Source: a virus
Virus record (IMG/VR): IMGVR_UViG_3300010376_000035
Coordinates: 2,543 to 66,542 of that record
DNA length: 64,000 nt
Direction: 5' to 3' (one strand)
Program-made: the position numbers and the translations under genes
The notes under the pieces: generated by a model
The model's database searches: none
What the model was told of the DNA's origin: nothing
Seen by the model: the letters and a program-made list of their open reading frames with translations, nothing else
Shown here: positions 27,787-34,926 of the stretch, in pieces
How the letters are laid out: each line of letters starts with the position of its first letter
How positions within the stretch are numbered: the stretch's first letter is position 1

Positions 27787-28062
27787 TTAGTTTTCACTAG
27801 CGGCCCCCTGCGGAACGATCCAGGCGACCAGGCCGGCGGAATCCTCGCGCTCGAGGATCTCAGCTCGGGAAGTGCCCACGATCGCGGCGCCGTCACGGGT
27901 AACACCTAAGAACTGGACGCGGCCGGTTACGTTGGCCAGCTCTTGAACGGTTTGAAAGTCGGATTCAGGAACATAGAAGCCCAGACCCATGGCAAGCTGT
28001 ATGTAGCGGCCGGCCGTGAGCGGACCCAACAGGGAAGGCATCGTAAATGGTGTGAGAGCCAT
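27787..28062 (-). CDS. Hypothetical protein (91 aa)
   Basis: AAAGGAAA upstream; lies in the co-oriented operon. Confidence 0.6.
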   Translation of the reverse strand: MALTPFTMPSLLGPLTAGRYIQLAMGLGFYVPESDFQTVQELANVTGRVQFLGVTRDGAAIVGTSRAEILEREDSAGLVAWIVPQGAASEN

Positions 28063-28110
28063 CGGAGTGTTTTCCTTTTGTGGGCCGGATTACGCGCCGG
28101 CCGCGCGGTT

Positions 28111-28254
28111 TTAGTTTTTCTTTAGAACTGCAATTGCTTCATCGATCCTGGCCAACATTAGCTTGGCTACGTGGTCCGTGCGGTTTTCGTACAGCTTGCG
28201 GAGGTCTTCCAGCTCCTGCAGGCTCATTTGGTTTACGGGTTTGCCTTTTGTCAT
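28111..28254 (-). CDS. Small helical protein (47 aa, MTKGKPVNQMSLQELEDLRKLYENR...; below ORF-track cutoff)
   Basis: GAAAGGGGGACAA directly upstream of the ATG; amphipathic helix. Confidence 0.55.
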   Translation of the reverse strand: MTKGKPVNQMSLQELEDLRKLYENRTDHVAKLMLARIDEAIAVLKKN

Positions 28255-28426
28255 TTGTCCCCCTTTCCATGCACCGGACTTTGGACCGGCTGCCAGTGCA
28301 TTACAGCTGGACGGGAGCGAAGCGCCCAGCTGCCATCTGCAAAACTAAAAACAGGTTTACTTTTCGGATACATTCATAAAAGTTCACCCTTTCCTTTCTG
28401 GTAGTTGCTGGGATGTTATTGAACTA

Positions 28427-28978
28427 ATGTCCAACACCAGCAAGAAATATATGCAGCAATGGCGCGACCAGCGAAAAGCTAAAGGTATGTGCTGTAGTTG
28501 TTTCAGCAAAGTATCCAGACCAAACAAGCGTCAATGCGAAAGCTGCGCCGAAAAGCGGAGGCAACGAGAACGCGCACGCTATAAAAATGGATTGTGCGGC
28601 TGTGGCCGGCCGAGGCAAACGGGAAAAAGTAAATGCATCGAATGCAAGAAACGGCATGCAGAATGGATCAAGAATCCCGTCAACAAAGCGCGATGGCAAG
28701 AGAGAGTAAATACCCAAAATGCGGCTCGAAGGATTCGCGTAATCATGCACTATGGGGGAAAATGCGTGTGTTGCGGTGAATCTGGAATGCCATTCTTGAC
28801 TCTTGATCATAGAGACAATGACGGCAAAATCGACCGCGCCCAGGTGCATAGCGGCTATTGGTGGAGATGGATAATCAAACATGGGTATCCGTCCAATCTG
28901 CAAGTGATGTGCTGGAATTGCAATATGGCGAAACAACATTTCGGGAAGGGAACCTGCCCGCACCAGCTAGGACGCTAG
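28427..28978 (+). CDS. HNH endonuclease with Cys-rich N-terminus, homing-endonuclease-like (183 aa)
   Basis: HYGGKCVCCGE...FLTLDHRDNDG...W...LQVMCWNCNMAK...CPH; opposite strand to its neighbours and visibly more AT-rich. Confidence 0.85.
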   Translation: MSNTSKKYMQQWRDQRKAKGMCCSCFSKVSRPNKRQCESCAEKRRQRERARYKNGLCGCGRPRQTGKSKCIECKKRHAEWIKNPVNKARWQERVNTQNAARRIRVIMHYGGKCVCCGESGMPFLTLDHRDNDGKIDRAQVHSGYWWRWIIKHGYPSNLQVMCWNCNMAKQHFGKGTCPHQLGR

Positions 28979-29635
28979 CATTAGCTCTGTCTCAAGGCGC
29001 ATTAGTGCCTCTCGAACATTATTCGATGCTTCCTTTACCAGTCTTGCAAAGTTCGGCTTCGCCGCGGCCGCGGGCGCGTTCTCATTCCAGATCCGCTCGA
29101 GCAATGCGGCCGCCTCTGTCGCGATACCATAGCTCGAGAATTCCACCTGTTTCACGCGCGACAGAAACCGATCCTGCAAACGATCGGTCGCGTTACAGGT
29201 AAAAACCCATATCGTGTTCGGAAGCGCGGCGGTCCCGTCCAGCTTGGAAAGTAAAAACAGCTGCGCCGCGGGCGTCATTTGATCGGCCTCGTCACAGAGG
29301 ATCAAATGCATACGCTTGCCCGCCATCGGAACGTATTGGCACGTGCGACAGATGCGCTCGAGATTGGACAAATCGCAATTCTGCGATGGAATGTGATGGA
29401 CTTCCGCGGGTATCATCTCGGCCAGCGCCGCGGCCATCGTCGTCTTGCCAGTGCCAGACGGGCCAACAAACAGCCAGGCGCTCGGAAAGGGCCGCGCGGC
29501 CAGCTTGGAAACTATAGCTTTAGGTTTGGACAAGCCGACAAACGCATCCATGGTTACCGGCCGGTATCGTTCTGTGAGCGATACCGGGAAACTCAAGGCA
29601 GACTCAGCGGGCGAAGTTGCGAACAATTCAAACAT
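28967..29635 (-). CDS. Clamp-loader-clade AAA+ ATPase (RFC / DnaX / RarA-like, 222 aa)
   Basis: LTERYRP..MDAFVG, Walker A GPSGTGKTT, Walker B LILCDEAD, sensor TCN, FLSR arginine finger. Confidence 0.85.
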   Translation of the reverse strand: MFELFATSPAESALSFPVSLTERYRPVTMDAFVGLSKPKAIVSKLAARPFPSAWLFVGPSGTGKTTMAAALAEMIPAEVHHIPSQNCDLSNLERICRTCQYVPMAGKRMHLILCDEADQMTPAAQLFLLSKLDGTAALPNTIWVFTCNATDRLQDRFLSRVKQVEFSSYGIATEAAALLERIWNENAPAAAAKPNFARLVKEASNNVREALMRLETELMLAS

Positions 29636-29665
29636 GGTTTGATCTCCAGTGATTTCTTAAAAGTT

Positions 29666-30490
29666 TTAGTTCTGAGAATCGGCCGCGGCCGCGATGGACT
29701 GGGCAAATTGCTTCGCCCAGTCCATCGATTCGCGCGGAGAATAGCAGAGTCCCTGCTTATGGCTGATATGAATGAATCCATCGGGCGCGTATTCTTCAGT
29801 GCGCGTACCACAATTGTCGATATCTTTCCCTTGCGCTAGCTCTGAGAGCCCAAACAAGCAGCGGCGAAAGAATGATGGATGGCCAATGATGAATTGAAAG
29901 CGCTGGATATCGATCGCCTGGCCAGCTGCTTTGATCGGAATTAAAAACTTATAGCTATTGCCATCCCGATTGGTATAGGCGCGCACAACGGTCACTTCAA
30001 CCGAATGGCCCTGCAGCTCGAGCGAATTCACCATGGCAATAATCGCTTCGCCGCGGTTCTTTAAGCGCTCCGCGGATATATCGCCCAATCCCCCAATCTC
30101 TACAGCGAACCGCAAGACGCGGCCGACCGGTTTCTGAATCGGTTCGGAGCACTGCCAGTATTCTGGCTCACCACTGCAGAACGAAGAGACATCGAGCACT
30201 TCGCCGCAAACGTCATAGTAATAACGCATATCGTCAGACGCGCTTGTCAGTTTTGGCAAAGTTAAATTCTTAATTTCGGGCGCGCTCCATTGGCCAAATT
30301 CGGCCGCATTGAGCGCGTCAGAATAACTCATGTTTCCGTTCCAATCGTCCGATTCGCGCTTGATAGAGCGCATCCAATTCACCGTCTGATTGGAGCGCAG
30401 GAGCGAAAATAGCTCCTGCAGTCCAATCGTATGAACCGCGTCTGGAGTGAACCGCGGTGTATGCTCTTTTGGTGTTTTCGTCCGGGCCAT
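29666..30490 (-). CDS. Partner of the MoxR-like ATPase (vWA-like / CobT-like position, 274 aa)
   Basis: DVCGEVLDVSSFCSGEPE.W motif and alpha/beta C-terminal half; directly downstream of the AAA gene, as in phage MoxR/CobS-vWA pairs. Confidence 0.55.
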   Translation of the reverse strand: MARTKTPKEHTPRFTPDAVHTIGLQELFSLLRSNQTVNWMRSIKRESDDWNGNMSYSDALNAAEFGQWSAPEIKNLTLPKLTSASDDMRYYYDVCGEVLDVSSFCSGEPEYWQCSEPIQKPVGRVLRFAVEIGGLGDISAERLKNRGEAIIAMVNSLELQGHSVEVTVVRAYTNRDGNSYKFLIPIKAAGQAIDIQRFQFIIGHPSFFRRCLFGLSELAQGKDIDNCGTRTEEYAPDGFIHISHKQGLCYSPRESMDWAKQFAQSIAAAADSQN

Positions 30491-30515
30491 TTTTAGTCTC
30501 CGTTTTTAGTTCCGC

Positions 30516-31586
30516 TTAAAAAGTTGGCAGGGGATACGATGCGAGAATGGCGCGTACGCTCACGCGGTCATAACCGCGGAACACTACCATTTCTGCAACT
30601 TGCTCCACTGGCAGGCCAACCGAAAGCAACTGGGAGCCATCGATGGACGCGCGTTGGGTGGCGGTCACCTTGGGATGAGGGACCTTGCAGAATTCGCGAA
30701 TGGCGCGCACCCAAGTGACCCATGAATCGGAACGGTCGAATTTTTTCGCTGCCAATTGGCGCTCGAGAGTCTCGTCAGTATCCCATTGGACAAAGCAAAA
30801 CCTATCGCGAACAGCGCCATCGAGCGCGCGTCTATCGCTAAATTGAACAGTCGCACCCAAGCACGGCGTGTTGTCAGTCGCGATGCATACGAAGTCTGGA
30901 TGGCGGTTTGTAATGCCGCATGGGAAGGATGCCTTGCCATTGGCTAGCGCGCCATTGAGCGAACCAAGCAAGTTGCCAGACGCAAGCGCCAATTCATCGA
31001 GCAGGAAAATTCCGCCTTGCGAGTAAGCCTTATAAAAATCGCTAGCGATATAGTTTCCAGTTGCGTCCATGTATCCCATGAGACGCGATTCGGTCATTTG
31101 CGCCTGCAATCCAAGGTAGTAATAGGGAAGCGCAAGCAAGTCTGCAATTTGCTTTGCGGCCGTGCTTTTACCAGAGCCCGCCTCGCCCCAAAGGAATACG
31201 TTTTTGCGGAGCGATACCAAGCGAACAACTAGATCGAAGTGCTCGTGCTTTGTACCTTCGACTGTTCCAATTGTCTGGCCATTCTGGATGTAAACGGTTT
31301 TTAGTTCTTTGGGCAGATTGGCTAGTGCTTCATCGATGCGGCCAGAAACAAATTCCTCGAGTTCCGCTGTAATCTCGTCGCGCTGAATCGTGAGAAAGGG
31401 CTGAATGCTAGCGGCGAGAACTGCAGCCAGCGAATCATTGGCGGTTGATTCGCGGCCGATTGGCGCGCGATTTTTGCAGGCAACATGATACTTGCTTGTA
31501 TCGCCCCGTCTGTTCCAAGAAATTTCTTGGCCCACTTCTATCGGACTCTGGCAGATGCTGCAGATTCCCGTTTCGTTCGCAATCAT
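30516..31586 (-). CDS. MoxR/CobS-like AAA+ ATPase (AAA_5 type) with N-terminal Zn-binding motif (356 aa)
   Basis: NVFLWGEAGSGKS Walker A, GGIFLLDE Walker B, HPDFVCIATDN, LDGAVRDRF; N-terminal CSIC...HVAC. Confidence 0.88.
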   Translation of the reverse strand: MIANETGICSICQSPIEVGQEISWNRRGDTSKYHVACKNRAPIGRESTANDSLAAVLAASIQPFLTIQRDEITAELEEFVSGRIDEALANLPKELKTVYIQNGQTIGTVEGTKHEHFDLVVRLVSLRKNVFLWGEAGSGKSTAAKQIADLLALPYYYLGLQAQMTESRLMGYMDATGNYIASDFYKAYSQGGIFLLDELALASGNLLGSLNGALANGKASFPCGITNRHPDFVCIATDNTPCLGATVQFSDRRALDGAVRDRFCFVQWDTDETLERQLAAKKFDRSDSWVTWVRAIREFCKVPHPKVTATQRASIDGSQLLSVGLPVEQVAEMVVFRGYDRVSVRAILASYPLPTF

Positions 31587-31632
31587 TTGGGTTTCGCTCC
31601 GTTTGGTTCGTTTGAATCAACCAACGAAACCC

Positions 31633-31661
31633 ACTGTAAAGATTAAAAGTATACTTTGCAA
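31633..31661 (-). promoter_or_regulatory. Sigma70-like promoter of the telomere-proximal operon, with the same operator as 27659..27687
   Basis: Minus strand TTGCAA-17-TACAGT; spacer AGTATACTTTTAATCTT (palindrome AAGTATACTT at 31647-31656). Confidence 0.7.
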
Positions 31662-31723
31662 CTAGTGAACATGACGAATCGGCCGCAAGTGTAAGAAAAA
31701 TCAGGCAAAAAAAATTATGCGAA

Positions 31724-31837
31724 CCATCGCAGAATTTGCGCGCGGATCGGTTGCGGATCGGTTGCGGATCGATCGGAAAATGGCCGTCAGAAACTAAAAT
31801 TATAAAATCCATCGCAGAATTTGCGCCTAATTTGCGC
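31724..31837. repeat. Subtelomeric direct and tandem repeats
   Basis: CCATCGCAGAATTTGCGC at 31724-31741 and 31809-31826, partial AATTTGCGC at 31829-31837; tandem GCGGATCGGTT x2.7 at 31742-31771. Confidence 0.85.
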
Positions 31838-31913
31838 TTCGATTCGCGCCAGATCTAAAAAAACAGCTAAAATATAAAAATGGCAAAGGGGGTGGTGTGG
31901 AGGAATCTGCCAC

Positions 31914-31943
31914 TTGACACGAATACATGAAAACTGCTAAATT
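31914..31943 (+). promoter_or_regulatory. Sigma70-like promoter pointing into the symmetry axis
   Basis: TTGACA (31914-31919), 18 nt, then extended -10 TGc-TAAATT (31935-31943); predicted start about 31949-31951, just across the axis. Confidence 0.45.
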
Positions 31944-31949
31944 AAATTT

Positions 31950-31979
31950 AATTTAGCAGTTTTCATGTATTCGTGTCAA
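31950..31979 (-). promoter_or_regulatory. Mirror of the axis-pointing promoter
   Basis: Mirror of 31914..31943. Confidence 0.45.
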
Positions 31980-32055
31980 GTGGCAGATTCCTCCACACCA
32001 CCCCCTTTGCCATTTTTATATTTTAGCTGTTTTTTTAGATCTGGCGCGAATCGAA

Positions 32056-32169
32056 GCGCAAATTAGGCGCAAATTCTGCGATGGATTTTATAATTTTAGT
32101 TTCTGACGGCCATTTTCCGATCGATCCGCAACCGATCCGCAACCGATCCGCGCGCAAATTCTGCGATGG
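32056..32169. repeat. Mirror of subtelomeric repeats
   Basis: Mirror of 31724..31837. Confidence 0.85.
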
Positions 32170-32231
32170 TTCGCATAATTTTTTTTGCCTGATTTTTCTT
32201 ACACTTGCGGCCGATTCGTCATGTTCACTAG

Positions 32232-32260
32232 TTGCAAAGTATACTTTTAATCTTTACAGT
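32232..32260 (+). promoter_or_regulatory. Mirror: TTGCAA-17-TACAGT promoter with operator
   Basis: Mirror of 31633..31661. Confidence 0.7.
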
Positions 32261-32306
32261 GGGTTTCGTTGGTTGATTCAAACGAACCAAACGGAGCGAA
32301 ACCCAA

Positions 32307-33377
32307 ATGATTGCGAACGAAACGGGAATCTGCAGCATCTGCCAGAGTCCGATAGAAGTGGGCCAAGAAATTTCTTGGAACAGACGGGGCGATACAAGCA
32401 AGTATCATGTTGCCTGCAAAAATCGCGCGCCAATCGGCCGCGAATCAACCGCCAATGATTCGCTGGCTGCAGTTCTCGCCGCTAGCATTCAGCCCTTTCT
32501 CACGATTCAGCGCGACGAGATTACAGCGGAACTCGAGGAATTTGTTTCTGGCCGCATCGATGAAGCACTAGCCAATCTGCCCAAAGAACTAAAAACCGTT
32601 TACATCCAGAATGGCCAGACAATTGGAACAGTCGAAGGTACAAAGCACGAGCACTTCGATCTAGTTGTTCGCTTGGTATCGCTCCGCAAAAACGTATTCC
32701 TTTGGGGCGAGGCGGGCTCTGGTAAAAGCACGGCCGCAAAGCAAATTGCAGACTTGCTTGCGCTTCCCTATTACTACCTTGGATTGCAGGCGCAAATGAC
32801 CGAATCGCGTCTCATGGGATACATGGACGCAACTGGAAACTATATCGCTAGCGATTTTTATAAGGCTTACTCGCAAGGCGGAATTTTCCTGCTCGATGAA
32901 TTGGCGCTTGCGTCTGGCAACTTGCTTGGTTCGCTCAATGGCGCGCTAGCCAATGGCAAGGCATCCTTCCCATGCGGCATTACAAACCGCCATCCAGACT
33001 TCGTATGCATCGCGACTGACAACACGCCGTGCTTGGGTGCGACTGTTCAATTTAGCGATAGACGCGCGCTCGATGGCGCTGTTCGCGATAGGTTTTGCTT
33101 TGTCCAATGGGATACTGACGAGACTCTCGAGCGCCAATTGGCAGCGAAAAAATTCGACCGTTCCGATTCATGGGTCACTTGGGTGCGCGCCATTCGCGAA
33201 TTCTGCAAGGTCCCTCATCCCAAGGTGACCGCCACCCAACGCGCGTCCATCGATGGCTCCCAGTTGCTTTCGGTTGGCCTGCCAGTGGAGCAAGTTGCAG
33301 AAATGGTAGTGTTCCGCGGTTATGACCGCGTGAGCGTACGCGCCATTCTCGCATCGTATCCCCTGCCAACTTTTTAA
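32307..33377 (+). CDS. Mirror: MoxR/CobS-like AAA+ ATPase
   Basis: Identical to 30516..31586. Confidence 0.88.
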   Translation: MIANETGICSICQSPIEVGQEISWNRRGDTSKYHVACKNRAPIGRESTANDSLAAVLAASIQPFLTIQRDEITAELEEFVSGRIDEALANLPKELKTVYIQNGQTIGTVEGTKHEHFDLVVRLVSLRKNVFLWGEAGSGKSTAAKQIADLLALPYYYLGLQAQMTESRLMGYMDATGNYIASDFYKAYSQGGIFLLDELALASGNLLGSLNGALANGKASFPCGITNRHPDFVCIATDNTPCLGATVQFSDRRALDGAVRDRFCFVQWDTDETLERQLAAKKFDRSDSWVTWVRAIREFCKVPHPKVTATQRASIDGSQLLSVGLPVEQVAEMVVFRGYDRVSVRAILASYPLPTF

Positions 33378-33402
33378 GCGGAACTAAAAACGGAGACTAA
33401 AA

Positions 33403-34227
33403 ATGGCCCGGACGAAAACACCAAAAGAGCATACACCGCGGTTCACTCCAGACGCGGTTCATACGATTGGACTGCAGGAGCTATTTTCGCTCCTGCGCTC
33501 CAATCAGACGGTGAATTGGATGCGCTCTATCAAGCGCGAATCGGACGATTGGAACGGAAACATGAGTTATTCTGACGCGCTCAATGCGGCCGAATTTGGC
33601 CAATGGAGCGCGCCCGAAATTAAGAATTTAACTTTGCCAAAACTGACAAGCGCGTCTGACGATATGCGTTATTACTATGACGTTTGCGGCGAAGTGCTCG
33701 ATGTCTCTTCGTTCTGCAGTGGTGAGCCAGAATACTGGCAGTGCTCCGAACCGATTCAGAAACCGGTCGGCCGCGTCTTGCGGTTCGCTGTAGAGATTGG
33801 GGGATTGGGCGATATATCCGCGGAGCGCTTAAAGAACCGCGGCGAAGCGATTATTGCCATGGTGAATTCGCTCGAGCTGCAGGGCCATTCGGTTGAAGTG
33901 ACCGTTGTGCGCGCCTATACCAATCGGGATGGCAATAGCTATAAGTTTTTAATTCCGATCAAAGCAGCTGGCCAGGCGATCGATATCCAGCGCTTTCAAT
34001 TCATCATTGGCCATCCATCATTCTTTCGCCGCTGCTTGTTTGGGCTCTCAGAGCTAGCGCAAGGGAAAGATATCGACAATTGTGGTACGCGCACTGAAGA
34101 ATACGCGCCCGATGGATTCATTCATATCAGCCATAAGCAGGGACTCTGCTATTCTCCGCGCGAATCGATGGACTGGGCGAAGCAATTTGCCCAGTCCATC
34201 GCGGCCGCGGCCGATTCTCAGAACTAA
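33403..34227 (+). CDS. Mirror: vWA-like partner of MoxR ATPase
   Basis: Identical to 29666..30490. Confidence 0.55.
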   Translation: MARTKTPKEHTPRFTPDAVHTIGLQELFSLLRSNQTVNWMRSIKRESDDWNGNMSYSDALNAAEFGQWSAPEIKNLTLPKLTSASDDMRYYYDVCGEVLDVSSFCSGEPEYWQCSEPIQKPVGRVLRFAVEIGGLGDISAERLKNRGEAIIAMVNSLELQGHSVEVTVVRAYTNRDGNSYKFLIPIKAAGQAIDIQRFQFIIGHPSFFRRCLFGLSELAQGKDIDNCGTRTEEYAPDGFIHISHKQGLCYSPRESMDWAKQFAQSIAAAADSQN

Positions 34228-34257
34228 AACTTTTAAGAAATCACTGGAGATCAAACC

Positions 34258-34926
34258 ATGTTTGAATTGTTCGCAACTTCGCCCGCTGAGTCTGCCTTGA
34301 GTTTCCCGGTATCGCTCACAGAACGATACCGGCCGGTAACCATGGATGCGTTTGTCGGCTTGTCCAAACCTAAAGCTATAGTTTCCAAGCTGGCCGCGCG
34401 GCCCTTTCCGAGCGCCTGGCTGTTTGTTGGCCCGTCTGGCACTGGCAAGACGACGATGGCCGCGGCGCTGGCCGAGATGATACCCGCGGAAGTCCATCAC
34501 ATTCCATCGCAGAATTGCGATTTGTCCAATCTCGAGCGCATCTGTCGCACGTGCCAATACGTTCCGATGGCGGGCAAGCGTATGCATTTGATCCTCTGTG
34601 ACGAGGCCGATCAAATGACGCCCGCGGCGCAGCTGTTTTTACTTTCCAAGCTGGACGGGACCGCCGCGCTTCCGAACACGATATGGGTTTTTACCTGTAA
34701 CGCGACCGATCGTTTGCAGGATCGGTTTCTGTCGCGCGTGAAACAGGTGGAATTCTCGAGCTATGGTATCGCGACAGAGGCGGCCGCATTGCTCGAGCGG
34801 ATCTGGAATGAGAACGCGCCCGCGGCCGCGGCGAAGCCGAACTTTGCAAGACTGGTAAAGGAAGCATCGAATAATGTTCGAGAGGCACTAATGCGCCTTG
34901 AGACAGAGCTAATGCTAGCGTCCTAG
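34258..34926 (+). CDS. Mirror: clamp-loader-clade AAA+ ATPase
   Basis: Identical to 28967..29635. Confidence 0.85.
   Translation: MFELFATSPAESALSFPVSLTERYRPVTMDAFVGLSKPKAIVSKLAARPFPSAWLFVGPSGTGKTTMAAALAEMIPAEVHHIPSQNCDLSNLERICRTCQYVPMAGKRMHLILCDEADQMTPAAQLFLLSKLDGTAALPNTIWVFTCNATDRLQDRFLSRVKQVEFSSYGIATEAAALLERIWNENAPAAAAKPNFARLVKEASNNVREALMRLETELMLAS

Larger units (their letters stand above)
1..31946. mobile_element. Tailed phage / phage-plasmid genome segment (podovirus-like structural genes plus plasmid-type partition cassette)
   Basis: Capsid-like, adaptor-like, nozzle-like, ejection-like and tailspike-like genes, SleB-like lysin, HNH, XRE regulator and ParA+RHH are all present. No host housekeeping genes were recognised. 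Confidence 0.9.
31900..31993. other. Putative covalently closed hairpin telomere (symmetry axis 31946/31947)
   Basis: AT-rich zero-spacer palindrome tip CATGAAAACTGCTAAATTAAA|TTTAATTTAGCAGTTTTCATG at the end of a 360-bp gene-free, repeat-rich region. The nearest operon is transcribed away from it and a partition cassette lies on the same arm. Confidence 0.65.

Noticed and set aside
28427-28978. HNH protein as the protelomerase
   Set aside because: Known telomere resolvases are tyrosine-recombinase/topoisomerase IB-like; this has standard HNH motifs. Kept only as a speculative alternative.
31435-31812. 125-aa ORF spanning the subtelomeric repeats (mirror 32081..32458)
   Set aside because: Runs through promoter and repeat DNA, overlaps the MoxR start out of frame, and has no ribosome-binding site or motifs.
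31724-31837. Possible mini CRISPR array
   Set aside because: Only two 18-bp repeats, a spacer made of tandem repeats, and no cas genes.
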